From the IMG/VR virus record IMGVR_UViG_3300040786_000030, positions 120,281 through 184,280 of that record: a DNA stretch of 64,000 nucleotides. One strand, given 5' to 3'. Below the pieces are notes generated by a model. It was not told the DNA's origin. It ran no database searches and saw nothing but the letters and a program-made list of their open reading frames with translations. Made by a program: the position numbers and the translations under genes. This document shows positions 27,633 to 41,559 of the stretch, one piece after another (the first letter of the stretch is position 1; each line of letters starts with the position of its first letter). This DNA comes from a virus.

Positions 27633-28206
27633 ATGAAAGAACGTATCGATGAATATGATATGGCTAAAAAAATGATGAGCATTCTTAGAGGTGGTTACAA
27701 ACCATTACTTAATGAATTCATAAATGCGCCTGATTTAAACACAGACCAAACACAAGGTAGTGTTAATGACAACCCAGCTATGGGTGATGACCAAAATAAT
27801 ACTAATAATCAAAACAATAATCAAAATATGGCAAAGCGCCTAGTGAAGGTCGTGAATCATTAGTCCCATTAACTGATAACTATTTTGAACTTGAAAAAAA
27901 TGATGATAGATATAAAGCTTTAGTTAATAATCTAACTAATATTGTACCTCAAGCTAAAGTTACAAGTGTGTATATCTCAAAAGAGGGTGGTTTAGCTATA
28001 AATGGTAATGCACTAACTTTTGGGGTAGTGGTGGTTTATTTTTACTATGATGTATTCTGACGATACAGTTATTGTTAATAGTGAAGAAGTTCAAGGTAAG
28101 ATTGGAGCTGAAGTGCAATTATCTTTACAGAGATTTTTGACACTCTAAGGGCTGATGTTGCAAACGCAAAACAATATTTGTATGACCCAATGATTGATAA
28201 AATAAA
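27633..28206 (+). CDS. hypothetical protein (frameshifted)
   Basis: ORF 27633-27863 continues in other frames. Confidence 0.4.
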
Positions 28207-28243
28207 TAAAATTAAAACAAATACGATGAATTTAATAAAATAG

Positions 28244-28803
28244 GTGATTTTTGAAAAATATAGTAGTATTATATTATTACTAGTTGGGTTTTTAATTGGT
28301 TCGTTAATGACATGGAATCATAACAAACCATCAATTAAAACAACAGTTGAAACACAGTATGTAATAAAAAACCGTATAGATACTATAATTACTAAACCAA
28401 TAGTAAAATATAAGTATAAAATAAAATAGTCCGTATAACCAATAAAGACACTGTTATTAATAATTTTAAACCTATTAATTATGAGTGGACTTATGTTAAA
28501 ACGGATACAACTAAAAATAAAAAAAAGTATTATCACTGTCAGTGCTAATGGTTGGGGTAATTTGGATAGGTTAGATTATGTTATTACAACTAAAGATAGT
28601 ACAAAAATAATAACTAAGACAATTGAAAAAACTATAATAAAATACTAATACGCTATATTTATCAGGGACATACAATACTAAAAGAATTTTGGTGTTGGTG
28701 TAGATTGGACGATTAAAATAAACTGATAATTGGTAGTGTTGTTGAATATGATAGAATAGACAAAACACCAATAGCTGGAATTAAATTAGGTATTAAATTA
28801 TGA
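28244..28803 (+). CDS. membrane-anchored protein, possibly spanin-like (frameshifted)
   Basis: N-terminal transmembrane helix, 'DTIIT..IVKYK', C-terminal beta-strand GIKLGIKL. Confidence 0.3.
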
Positions 28804-29727
28804 AAGAAAAAAAATTAAATAGAATAGTTGAAAAACGTTTTGAAGATAGAAAACTTGAAACACCATTATATGACCCATACAGGTGAAGTTAATGTTGATT
28901 ATGAAAATTAACAGGTAAGTAAATCCTTTAATAGATACCCAAAACCCTCTATATTACTCAAAAAAAATTAATGATTATAGGTTTGAGAATTCAACACATT
29001 TTGATACTAGTAATTTAATTCCGATAACCTTAAATTTTAAAAAAAAATAATAGATTTTAGTTAATTTACCAACTGATTTTGAAATAGAGCCATGTCAAAT
29101 TGAATCAGTATCTGAAATTAAAATTTCATTAGATTTTTTAAATTATGTGAAATATGAAAACATTAATTTTGTAATTAGAGAGTCTGAAGATAAATCATAT
29201 TTAAATTTTATCATGGGTAAAATAATAAATAAAGAAAAATAATTTTATCGATAGATAAGGTAAATGGTAGAATATAGTAATGATACAGTATATATCGAAG
29301 GTATAGTAACAGGTGCTTCAACTAACAATTTAAATTATTCAAATGATGGTATTTACACTTTAACAATGACTTTAATGCCACTTTCCGTTAAAAGTATCTA
29401 ACACACAACTAATAAAGAAAGCCCAATTATGGGTTTTTTTGTTTTATCCTATATATTTATAATAAAACAAAACGATGGTTAAAATGGTATTATATTAAAT
29501 GAAGAGTTAAATAAAACTGATATTTCTAAAGAAGTTAAGGTTTATATGACTAGTGATGAGTTTAAAACAAAAAATTGAAAAAATCGTCAAAGATAAATTA
29601 AAAATAATAAAGAATTAGAGGATAAAGTCGTTGAAATAACTAGCAATGTCCCTAACTCAATTATTTAAAACACTTTGGGTTAAAAGAGGTGTTTGGAAAA
29701 CTGGTTTAACAAATAAAATAGTTAAAA

Positions 29728-31037
29728 TGATAAAATTAAAATAACCGAAGAACAATATGCTAGACTAAAGAGTGCTGGGTTGATTAAAGAATCGACTAAA
29801 ACTTCTGATGAAAACCAGAACCAAAAGTTGATGACCAAATGACTAAAGAGACTAGAGAATTGATTAAATATTTTTATAGAGAGTCAAAAAAAATTTATCT
29901 GAATTTTGGGGTGAACATGATTTAACTTATGATGATATTTGTAAAGCTTTAACTAGTAAAACCTTATAGTGAAAAAAGGTGATAAATATATGGTACCTAG
30001 AACTCTTGGTTCAAATGAGGAAGCCATAAAAAGAATTGAAAATGAATTGAGGTTATTAACTAAAATGCCAGAAAATGAAAATGAGATGACAATCTCTGAA
30101 GAAACTGATGATATTGAAGAAGTAGTGGTAAACAATACTGGTTATGATATTTTCGTGTATAATGATGAATTGATAATATTAAAATCTGTAGCTGATAATA
30201 AATTCTTTTATTAGATTTAAACCATGAAAATATAATTAATTATGAAGGTGAAGAATTAAGTGAGGAAGATATTTTCAATTTTTTTAAATTCTGTTGAGGA
30301 CAAACTCCCATCAATATTAATACCTATTGATTTAAACATATTAAGTGAGTTATCTAATATGTATGATATTAATAAATACTTCACATCAAAGCTAGAAGAA
30401 CTTAAAACATTAATTAGTGGTAGTATAAATGAAGATTGGGATGATTATAAAGGTAAACTTTATAGACATAAAACACCAGAAGAAGAAAAAATAGAAAAGG
30501 CTAAGATAAAACCAATAAGAGATAAAGAATTAGCTAGTAGAAAACCAATGGCAACTAAAACACCTGAGGAAGAAACCCCAGAAGATTTAGAAGAAACTAG
30601 CGCTATGGGTGGTGGCGGTGCATTTGGTGGTAGTAGTACTGGACAATTTACTGGCCCATTAACACAACCAATTAAAGGGAAATTAAAACCGTTAGTGAAA
30701 CAACTGTAGCTGGTGCTGGAAATTTTCAATACGATGCGCCTGGATTGGTAAATATTGGTAGAAATGGTGAATATAAAAAAGGTCCTAAAACAAAGGCTGA
30801 AGTAACACCTCAAATATCTGGTGGTAGTTTTGTTGAACAACCTGAATGTTCAAACTAAATAATAATAAAGAAGCGCAAAATGGGGTTGTAGTTCTGGTGC
30901 GAGTACAGCAAAATCTAGAAAAGCTAAAGGGTCGATAACAACACCATCATTAGGTGAAAATAAAATATTTGAAGAAGTTGCTAAACAAACAGGTAAAACA
31001 ATTGAGGAAGTAATGGGAATAATCAAATCAAAAAATA
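29728..31037 (+). CDS. acidic hypothetical protein(s) (frameshifted)
   Basis: Fragments 29969-30214 and 30260-30709; 'ITEEQY' N-terminus and EETSAMGGGG motif. Confidence 0.4.
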
Positions 31038-31093
31038 ATAATGATATTAACTTTAGTAAAAAGTTAGATATTTATAATAAAATCGTGTAAAGA

Positions 31094-32769
31094 TGGATAA
31101 AAATATAATTAAGAATATTTTAAATGCTAGATTCATAAATGAAGAAAGTACACCTGGAATTGATGTTACTAAGAAAGTTCAAAAGCTTCTGAAAAGATTA
31201 ATAAAACTGGTATTAGTGACATGGCTAAAGGTAATTTAGAATATGATAAAGCAATTAAAAAAACAGATAAAACACCTAAACCAGATAATAAATTTAATTA
31301 TAATGGTGATAAAGAAAAGAATACCATGATGAAATGGAAATTTTAACGGTCAAGAAATGATTCAATACGATAGAGAACCCAACGAATTGTTTAAAGCACG
31401 TGCTAAAGAATCAATAGAAGGTAGTTCTAGAATGGGTAATAAAGGTGGTCCAGGAATGGGTAACGCAGAAGCAACATGGGGCGCATCAAATGATGACTTT
31501 GGTAAAACTTAGTTAAATTAGCTGCTGATTCAGCTAAGAAAAGACAAGAAGCTGAAAGAGGTATTATTAGTTTTGGTGATGATATTGAAACGGTACCAAA
31601 AAATAATAAACCTATGTCAAACATTCAGCATTTAATGAAAACACTGAACAAGCTAGTAAAGATATTGAATCTAATAAACCTTATGGTTCAGAAGATGAGT
31701 ACGAGTTTAATAATGACGAAAATAATAAACCAAAAAATAAAGAACCAAAATAAAAGAATCAATGAAAAGACTTAAATTTAATAAAGAATTCAATGGCGTT
31801 GAAATGCCTTAAAAAATGATACCAGAATCATATAGAACGGATAATAAAGAATTCGAAATGACTGATGGTGTAGAATCATATAGAATCCGTTGGGAAGGTA
31901 CTCTTCTGAAGGTAAAGCTATAATATTAACCGCAGCAAATAAAACTATGGTTAATGAGGATATGGAGAATATGAAACGTCTTATGGGTTATAAATCACAA
32001 GATACTCTTGGATTATCTAAGGGTAAAACTAGATTAGATGAAAACGCTATTTTAGTGACATCTATAATAAAACAAAGGCACTTTTAGAGGGTGAAGATAT
32101 CGAAGACCAAGACGCTGCAACAGGTGACTTAGATGACGCTGTATCACAAGCTAAAGAAGCTAAAAAACACGTTGAAGGAAGTGTTTCTACTGATAAAGGT
32201 ACACAAGCACCAAAACCTAAAACAGGTACTATGGAATCATTAGATGATACAGTATCACAAGCTAAAGAAGCAACTAAACATGTTGAAGGAAGTGAAACTA
32301 GTGGAGTTGGTGTTGGATTAGGTGTTAAAGCTAAAACAGGTGAATGGGATAAAATTAATGTACCACAAGCGGCTGATGCTAAAAAACACGTTCAGATGAC
32401 TGAAGGGTTTAAAAAAAAAAATAAGGTAGGTATTTTAATAGGTGAATCCTATTTTGAAGAAATGGAAGACCTAGATTATGGGGATATGTCAGATTTTAAA
32501 CATGAGGGTTATGGTGACGATAATGTATTAAGTAGATTATCTGCTGAAGAGAGAAGAAAAATTGGAAACACAACCAGTATATTCTGAAGAATTGGAATGA
32601 ATGATAATGATTAATTCGTAAATTTTTTATTCTTAGATTCGAAAGACAACCAGAACAAGATATTAGTTATTTTGAAACTTGGAAGGAAAGATTAAATAAA
32701 CCTAACCCAGAAGGATATATGGACAATAAAAGTATGGAAGTCTGGAACAGATTAAAATACGGGGAATAA
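31094..32769 (+). CDS. acidic repeat-containing hypothetical protein (frameshifted)
   Basis: Fragments 31890-32087 and 32231-32587; repeated 'LDD.VSQAKEA.KHVEGS'. Confidence 0.4.
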
Positions 32770-32842
32770 ATTAAAAACAAAAGAAAAGCTACCTAATGGG
32801 TAGCTTTTTTCTTTATAGCATATTTATAATAAAAGAAATATT

Positions 32843-33450
32843 ATGAGTTTAATTAAATTACAAGAAAAAATTGGTGTTAAAGCAGATGGGGCATTTGGTC
32901 CAGCTACATTAAAAGCGGCAATGAAATATTACAAAATGACACCTGAAAGAGCTGCACACTTTTTTGGACAAACAGCACATGAAACAGGTGGTTTTAATAC
33001 TTTAGTGAAAACCTAAATTATTCAGCTACTGGGTTACGTGGAACCTTTAAAAATATTTTCAAATGATTTAGCAGATGACTATGCTAGACAACCAGTTAAA
33101 ATTGGGTCTAGGGTTTACGCTAATAGAATGGGTAATGGTGATGAGAAATCACAAGAAGGTTATTTTTTTAGAGGAAGAGGTGCTTTGCAAACTACTGGTA
33201 AAATTAATTATTTAGCATTTTCAAAGTTTATTAAAGACCCTAAAATAATGAAAACACCTGATTTACTTGCAACTGATTATTCTTTGAGGCTGCTTTATTT
33301 TTCTTTAAAGAAAATAATCTTTGGGTTATTTGTGATAAAGGTGTTAATGCTGATACTATTTTAGCTTTAAGTAAAAGAATAAATGGTGGGACTAACGGTT
33401 TAGAAGATAGAGTTTCTTTAACTAATAGGTATTATAAATGGTTAACTTAA
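32843..33450 (+). CDS. GH19 (chitinase-like) endolysin with PG-binding N-terminus (frameshifted)
   Basis: LQEKIGVKADGAFGPAT; AAHFFGQTAHETGGF, ENLNYSA, VYANRMGNGD, RGRGALQTTGK, INGGTNGLEDR. Confidence 0.9.
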
Positions 33451-33501
33451 TAACTATTTATTTTATTGATAATATTGTATATTAATTAAAACAATTAATC
33501 A

Positions 33502-33960
33502 ATGAGCAGTAATAATGATGGTTTCATGAATTATATTAATAAGTATATGGATAAGGGTGATATAATTATGTTATATAACCAAAACAATATAAAATTTCAA
33601 AAATGTGAATTATATAATGATTTCACACAGTCATTACTTATGACAATATTTGACACATATCTTGGTGATGATGTTACTAATATTGAACACCAAGTTATTC
33701 ATTTTAATTGGGCTTGGAATAGAACTATCGATAATTTTATAGATGAAAGTCTGGACTTTGAAGAAGATAAATTATATAATTATTTTTTAGAGTTTACATT
33801 AGAGATGTTCTATTCGATACCAAACAAAACTAAATGGGAAAATAATCGAATATTAAACATATGGGTTGAAATTTTGATTATACCAAAAGAAAGACTAATT
33901 CTGATATAGATGTGTTAATAGAAATCTATATTATTTTGAAAAGCGTTAAAAATCATATAA
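33502..33960 (+). CDS. hypothetical protein
   Basis: 135-aa ORF plus frameshifted tail. Confidence 0.5.
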
Positions 33961-34010
33961 AAAAAAGGTTTTACTATTTATTTTACCAAAAATTTACTTA
34001 GTATTACAAT

Positions 34011-34220
34011 ATGGAAACAAATAGACTCACACAAATTATTATTATGAGTTTATCGTTGGATATTATTAAAGCTGAAAATTCACTAGAACAAGAAATCAAT
34101 TCAACTAATAATATTGACGCTAAACTAATTAAAATTAAAGAATATTTAGATGTTTTAATAATGTCTGAAAATAGATTAAATAAATTTAATAGTATGATGG
34201 GTTTAAATAAACCAGAATAA
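34011..34220 (+). CDS. hypothetical protein
   Basis: 69-aa ORF. Confidence 0.45.
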   Translation: METNRLTQIIIMSLSLDIIKAENSLEQEINSTNNIDAKLIKIKEYLDVLIMSENRLNKFNSMMGLNKPE

Positions 34221-34244
34221 AATAAAAACTAAAAAAAAAAACAA

Positions 34245-34414
34245 ATGGAAAATTTTAATGAATTAAAAAATTAGTAGAAGATATGCAAGAAGATATCACT
34301 AAATTTTACGAAAAGATAATAAAGCCGCTGGTTAGAATTAGAAAAGCTCTACAAGGTGTCAAAGAAACTGCTCAAATTATGAGAAATGAAGTTTCAGCTA
34401 AAAATAACGCATAA
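34245..34414 (+). CDS. histone H1-like (Hc1 family) small protein (frameshifted)
   Basis: MENFNELK.LVEDMQEDITKFYEKDNKAAG.RIRKALQGVKETAQIMRNEV resembles Bacteroidota Hc1-family proteins. Confidence 0.7.
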
Positions 34415-34415
34415 T

Positions 34416-34625
34416 ATGATTTTAGAAATTCTCAATAAAATATTAACACTTTCTTTTTTCTTAGCGTGTCTTACAACGTTTAGACATGGTTATTATTTTA
34501 TTCAAGCTTATTTATCGTCAACGGACGAACCAGTTAAGTATAGATTATCAAATAGAGCGTTATTATTATTGGGTATCTCTATAGCATATTTATTTACAGT
34601 AATTTTTACTGGTGTAAAACTATAA
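34416..34625 (+). CDS. small two-TM membrane protein
   Basis: Two hydrophobic helices. Confidence 0.5.
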   Translation: MILEILNKILTLSFFLACLTTFRHGYYFIQAYLSSTDEPVKYRLSNRALLLLGISIAYLFTVIFTGVKL

Positions 34626-34629
34626 AAAA

Positions 34630-35433
34630 ATGAACATACAAAAAACACTTGATTCACTCCAACCATATGTTATTGGTATTCGCTATTTAGATGGTATACC
34701 TTTAGTTGATGTGGTTTTAAAGAGGGTTGGCAACTACCAGAAGACACTAAAATACAAAAAATAAAGGTAATGAAGAAATGAATTACTATATGTTATTTAG
34801 TGAAGTGGCTGGTGTTGGGTTAGATGAATTATTAACTTTGTTGAAAAACTATAAAGTTTAATATTGAACGTGAAAAGAAACATGAGTTATTACGAACTAT
34901 GGTAAATGATTTAAAAGAGATATTTAAAAAGAATTCTTTAAGTAAAATTAAAACACTTAAGTTCGTATTCACGGAAGAAGACTTAGTACCATCATTTAAT
35001 GATTTTGATATTGACATTGACGATGATATAACTATTCCCGAAACTATAACACCACCAGTAATAGATGAATTAGAACCTATTGATTATGTTGAAAATGAAT
35101 TAGAACCTATTGAGTATGTTGAAGAACAAAAGAGTCAAGGTAATGATAAAGAACAAATACTAACCAAACAGTTAGTTATTTAGATGAAAACGGAGAACCA
35201 ATAATGGGTTCAGAAGAAGATGCTGAATTATTAGAGGAAGAACTTAGAGCTGAAAGAAATATTGCAATTTTAGAGAATAAAAGAAAAAATCGGTGATTAA
35301 GAATGGTAATAAAGTGGAGTTACCACCTAAAAGAAAAATGCCACAAATAGTTTCAACACCAACATCATCATCAGGTGGTTATTGTGACTGTGGACCAGAA
35401 GATGCCTGTGAAAATGTATCGATAGTAAATATT
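34630..35433 (+). CDS. hypothetical protein (frameshifted)
   Basis: Fragments 34899-35183 and 35293-35478; C-terminal CDC..AC..C. Confidence 0.4.
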
Positions 35434-35461
35434 AAAAAGGGCCTTATAAGGGCCCTTTTAT

Positions 35462-35810
35462 TTATAAGTATATTGTAGTTGTTATTATGATTTTACTCTC
35501 TAAAGCCTCTTGAAGTGTATGTGTTAACCATACACCAGCTGTTGAAACTAAACCATTTAAGAAAATCATTAAATATGTGTTAGTAATCATTCCCATAGGT
35601 GTTAAATTAGCATAACCAAAATAGTATAGTAACCCTGAGACCATAAATCCATCCATGTACCTAAACACATAAAACAAGTAAATAGTTTATATAAACTATA
35701 ACCACTAGTCCCTAGCTTACTTAAACTTTTCGAAACCCTTCAAATAAAGAGCCATAAATAATATTGTTACATGCACCGTAACAAATCAAAATAAAAATAA
35801 TTGTATTCAT
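35462..35810 (-). CDS. membrane protein (frameshifted)
   Basis: Hydrophobic ORF with TCFMCLGTWMGF motif; convergent terminator at 35436-35460. Confidence 0.5.
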
Positions 35811-36853
35811 AAGTTTTTTATAAATATAAGTAATAATGTTTGACTAATCAATAGTTTTACATATATTTACCAAAAACATAATTATGGGGTAACAGATAAG
35901 ATGATTTCAAAAGAAGTTGTAGAGTCAGAAAATGAGAAAAAAATGTTTGCTGATAATAACGAAAGAAAGAAACAACAATTAATTAGTGAGATTAAAAGTG
36001 GGTTAGGTGTTAACATCATGAAAACCCAGGTAAACCAAAATCATTAAAAAACTAAAACGAAACAATAACTGACTGGTTTAGAAAAATATTTAATAAATTT
36101 TAATATGACATACGAAAACTTAATAAATACGGTATCGGTTATCGTTGAAAATGAAAAATACTAAAAGAAGGTTTAACTTTAGTATATGAATTAGAAGAAA
36201 AACCATAAAAGCAATGAATGAAATTCTATTTTATAAATCAAACCCAAATTCAGCAATAATAACACCAACAGATATTTTGAGGTTGAAATAGGTGGTGTTT
36301 TAATAAAATTTACGAAAAGGTATAAAATATTCTGATATTTAAAATATTAATTGTATATTTGCATATGGAAATAAACGATATAATAGGTTCAATTGGTGTA
36401 CTAATGATGTTAGTAGCCTTTTTTAAATATAATTGATATTGTTGATGATGATGACATTAGTTATATTTTATTAAATTTATTTGGTGGGGTAATGGCTTTT
36501 ATCGCATCATATTTAATTAATTATATTCCATTTATGGTTTTAGAGTCTGCATGGACAGTAATATCATTATGGGGATTATATGATTATATAATACGAAAAA
36601 CAAATGAAAAAATTAATTTAAATGATTGTAAAAGGGTGATATCTTAATCAGCTCTCAAGGTGCAAAATTAGAATATGTTTCTAAAACACCTTGAAACATT
36701 ATACATATTTAGACCACGTTGTTAAATATGTAGTAGATAAAGATAATGAAACATTTGATTTTGAAAACTACGGAACTAGAACTAACGATGGATTTGTATT
36801 TGCTAAAATAGAAAACCTGAAACCGACCATGACATTATTGATATAATATCAGT

Positions 36854-37455
36854 ATGAAATTAGATAAAACATTAGAGTACGGACCAGAACACTTAATTAA
36901 ATTTGAATATCTTTGTGGTATTGATGAGGTTGGTAGAGGTTGTGGGGCTGGACCAGTTGTTACAGCGGCAGTTATATTACCAAAGGTTTTTCATCACCAC
37001 TATTAAGAGATTCTAAAAATTGTCCGAAAAACAAAGAACTGAAGCGTATAAGTTAATAATTGATAACGCATTAGCTATTTCTTGTGAGGCTGGTTCGGTT
37101 ACTGACATTAATGAGTTAGGTATAAACCCAGCAACTTTTAAAACTATGCATAAATGTCTTGACAAATTAACAATGACACCAGATTATGTGTTACTTGATG
37201 GTACTGTTTGGGATAATGTTGGTAAATATAAAATTGAATTAGTCACAAAGGTGATGATACATACCTTTCAATTGCAGCTGCGGCTATTGTAGCTAAAGTT
37301 AGACGAGATGAGTATATGGTTAAATTACATGAGTTATTTCCATCATATGAATGGAATTCAAATAAGGTTATTTATCACCAACTCATATATCGGCAATAAA
37401 ATATCGGTGTCTGTAAGTACCATAGAACACAATATGTTAGAAATTTTTAAAATAA
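36854..37455 (+). CDS. rnhB: ribonuclease HII (frameshifted)
   Basis: [47 protein letters not shown]. Confidence 0.9.
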
Positions 37456-37531
37456 ACGTAAAAAACTTGACACGAGTATAAAAAAAGTATCTTTGCTTCA
37501 CTTAAAAAAAATAACTTAAAAAATAAATATC

Positions 37532-38953
37532 ATGAGCACTTTAATACAAGCAATTCAAACAAAAAATTCTTTAACAGAAAACGGTATGGTTACAAATTCT
37601 ACATCGTCAAATAATTGTGTTGATTTGTTTTTCAGATTGGACTATGAGAGGTCAAGATAAACAGCGTTTGATAAATTCATTTACAAAGGCATTTGGTGAA
37701 AACAATTAACAGCTATGAAGTTATTATTTTGGGCACGTGATGTTCGTGGTGGTGCTGGTGAAAGACAAGTATTTAAGGATATTATCAATATCTTGCAAAA
37801 AATAGAACTGAAACTTTACGTAAAATTTAAACCTTATTCCAGAGTTTGGAAGATGGGATGACTTATTGATATTAGTTGGAACACCATTAGAAAAGATGCG
37901 TTTAAATTAATCTCTAAGGCTTTAAGTGAAAAAAATGGTCTTTGTGCTAAATGGATGCCACGTCCAAATGTTACTAGTATTGAAAATAAAAAATACGCTA
38001 ATGCGTTAAGAATTTCTTAGATTTATCACCAAAAAATTATAGAAAGTTACTTGTTGAAAACTCTAATACAGTTGAGCAATTAATGTGTTCTAAGTCATGG
38101 GATAAAATTGAATATTCTAAATTACCATCAAAGGCTATGTCTGACCTTATGAAAGCATTTTCTAAAAAATGACTTAGTTAGGTTCCAAGAATATTTAAGC
38201 TCAGTTGAAAAGGTGATGCTAAAATTAATGCTGGTGCTATATATCCGTATGATGTATTAAAAGTCTTATGCAAGGATAAAGGTGCTAACGCACAATGGAA
38301 TTCATTACCAAATTATTTAGAAGGTAGTCTTGAGCGTTTTATCCCAGTTGTTGATACATCTGGTTCGATGTTTTGGGAAACTGCTAAAATTAGTGGTGAT
38401 TTATACGCTGGGCACGTGGCTATGTCACTAGGTATGTATATTTCAGAGAGAAATGAGGGTGCATTTAAAGATGCTTTTATCACTTTTAATAACCCAGCTT
38501 TACAAGTAATTAGTGGTTCATTATCCGAAAGATATAATCAATTACAACATTCAAGGTTGGTGGTAGTACTAATCTTGAAGCTGTGTATACGTTGCTATTG
38601 AAAAAGCGATTGAGTCTAATGTGCCTGAAAGTGAAATGCCAACAATGATTATGATATTTTCGGATATGGAATTTAATCAAGGTACTAGTGGGAATTATTC
38701 TTTAACAGCTCAAGAGATTGCTGAGAATAAATATGCGATTGCTGGTTATAAAATACCTAAAATTGTTTATTGGAATTTATCTGGTAGAAATGATGGTAAC
38801 AAACCAGTTAAATTTGATAAAAATGGTGCTGCTTTGGTGTCAGGGTTTTCACCATCTTTGTTATCAAATCTATTAGGTGGAAAAGATATGACACCTTATA
38901 GTATGATGATGAATGTGATAGATAGCGAAAGATATCAATCAATTATAATATAA
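37532..38953 (+). CDS. DUF2828-like TROVE/vWA (Ro60-like) protein (frameshifted)
   Basis: LTENG, FWARDVRGGAGER, FGRWDDL, AKWMPR, INAGAIYPYD, MIDAS VVDTSGSM, GGSTNL, IFSDMEF, IVYWNL, VSGFSP. Confidence 0.8.
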
Positions 38954-38960
38954 AAAAAAA

Positions 38961-39141
38961 GTTTGTTAAGAAAGATAAGTTCAGCAAAAAAAAAAAAAAA
39001 CAAAGCTAAACTATAAAAACGTGCGTAACTTGATTACGTAGAAATTGACCCAGTAAACTAATATTAGTTTACAAAACTTCTTAATAAGGTTTTATTAGGG
39101 TAACCTAAAAGAAGTAAAAAACCAACTATCTTGTAACAAAC
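38961..39141 (+). ncRNA. structured ncRNA, CAGCAA family copy 1 (long)
   Basis: Terminal pairing GTTTGTTA/TAACAAAC and AAGATA/TATCTT-G; AGTTCAGCAA motif; internal hairpins; terminator at about 39143-39168. Confidence 0.6.
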
Positions 39142-41559
39142 AAAAGACCCCTTTATTGGGGTTTTTTTATGTCTTTAATTAGTGTTTACAATTTGTTATT
39201 TTTTACTAAGTTTATAAAAATTTAAAATATGAAATTAAAAGAATTATTAGATAATATATTTGATTCTGGTGTAAGACATTATAGCGAGGGTAATAATAGT
39301 GATTATTATTTATCACATGTTATGTTAGATTTATTACGTGATAAATTATTAGAATGTGATGAGTTTAAAATGTATCATCATTAACTATTATCGCTAGTCC
39401 GAATACAAATATATCAGGTAAAGACTTAACAATTAATAGTATGAAAATACCCGATGGTTTTACATTTTCTGGAGATGTATATATTAATGCGATATTTTTA
39501 ACGCCATTAATTTACGACCCAAGTAATCTTTTGATTTCTGTAAAGATGGTGCTAATATAACACCACAATTTTATGATACAATAACCTTTGCCCCTATAGG
39601 AAAATTATTATACCATATAAAACATGTGATAATATTGGTTTAAGTAGAGCTGAAACCCACAAATTATTAGATAAAATATTAGACAATGAAGATGAATATA
39701 TGACAAAAGGTACACGAGGTATTATGATAAGAGGAATATTTCTTTAAATATTTATAAATACTCTTTACACATAAATATAAAATAAGTAACTTTAGTTATT
39801 AAATAGAAAATATGAAAAACATTATAATAAAAGAGGTTGATAGACTATATAGTCAAATCCATAAAGATAAACAGATTAGCGAATATTTGATATATTTGAT
39901 GGAAGGTGATGTTAAAGTTAGTTGTATTAATGTTATAGGTGAGAAAAAAAAATGCATTATTTATCTTATACATGGTTGGTAAATAAAAATAACGTAAAAG
40001 AGGTTAATTACGAAGAATTAAATAAAGAATAAATGGAAGAACAATTATTAAAAAAAATGGATAGATTAATAGATTTATCACATAAATTTTCGAAAAGTAA
40101 GGAAGAATTATTTTCGGATGATATCTCAAAGACCACACTAGTATTTTTTCTGGTAATATAACTATTGGTAGTCAAAGTAGTAATATTTTTACTATAAATA
40201 ATAGACAGATATATGTGGATGAATATGGTAATGTAAAAGTAAAGATAATACACCATTATCGTTAGCTAATAGTATTAGATTTAAATATGAAATTAAAGCT
40301 ATTTTAGCTGATGAATTTGATGAATATAACAATTTAAGGAGGAACTTAAAAATTATTTCTCTGCCTTAACAAAATAAAAAAATAATATGAACACAGAATA
40401 CCCATTAATAGCCTTCTATATGGATAGAGATGATGACATCAGAATTTATGCCACAGTATGTTGAATCAGTTAATCATATGATAGCTGAGAAAAACCTTAA
40501 TATGCTTGCATTCTTTTACCATGTGCAGAGGGTGAATCAGAAAGGTTAGAATGTATCAATCCGAAACTTGTTGAGAAAACAGAAATGGATAGAATTAATA
40601 AAATTGTTTTAGATATTAAGACTAAATTTTCAATCGATGCAGACATTAATATTGCAGATGTTGAAATATTACTTGATGATAAAAAATGTGAATGCAATAA
40701 TAATTGTAAATGTAAAAATAAATAGAGAATATGAGAAATGACGAAAAGCATTAATATATGATGAATGTATTAGAGAGCGATAATTTACAAAGAGTAAATT
40801 CTAGATTAAAATCAGATTTTGTTGGTAATATACCGCCACATATCCAAGAACAAATAGATAATAATGATAATCGGTTACAATTTTTAGTTAAACGACTTGA
40901 AAGTTTATTTAGTTAATTATGAATAGTGTGGATAGTAAATTTAAAATAGTTTGGGATAATAAAGGTATTGATAAAGATTCACAATCAGATTGGTCCCAAA
41001 CCTTACATACCATAATTAATGAAATAACTGTAAAAATATATAAATCTACATTTTATCTTGTAACCTAATTACCATACATAGTTCATTACTACCTTTATTC
41101 GAAAGGTTAAATTATTATTCTAATGAGAAAAAAATGTTAAATGGTAGGTTTAAATTAAAATTAGATGACACGTTAGACACTAACAAAATTTTTATTAGTA
41201 GTAAACTTAATAAACGGTTATCAATCCCTTTTATAAAATAATTGTTGATGAATATGGTTTAGAGACTGAACATCTTCAATTTAAACCAGATAACAAATGC
41301 ACTTTAGGTGAAGTTGAGGATTATAAAACAAAATCATATGGTGTTATAACTATTGAGAACTATGAAAACTAAAGAAGATTTAAACATCCTAATAATAGAC
41401 GATAAAGGTGAAGTACATACCATTGTAAATAGAAATAAAAGATTAGAACAATATTTTTTAATAAAACCCACAATTAATTGTGGGTTTTTTTATGGTCTTG
41501 TACTTGTTTTACGTATTTTAATATATGGCCAACCAGTTTCTTCATGTATAATATCATAC

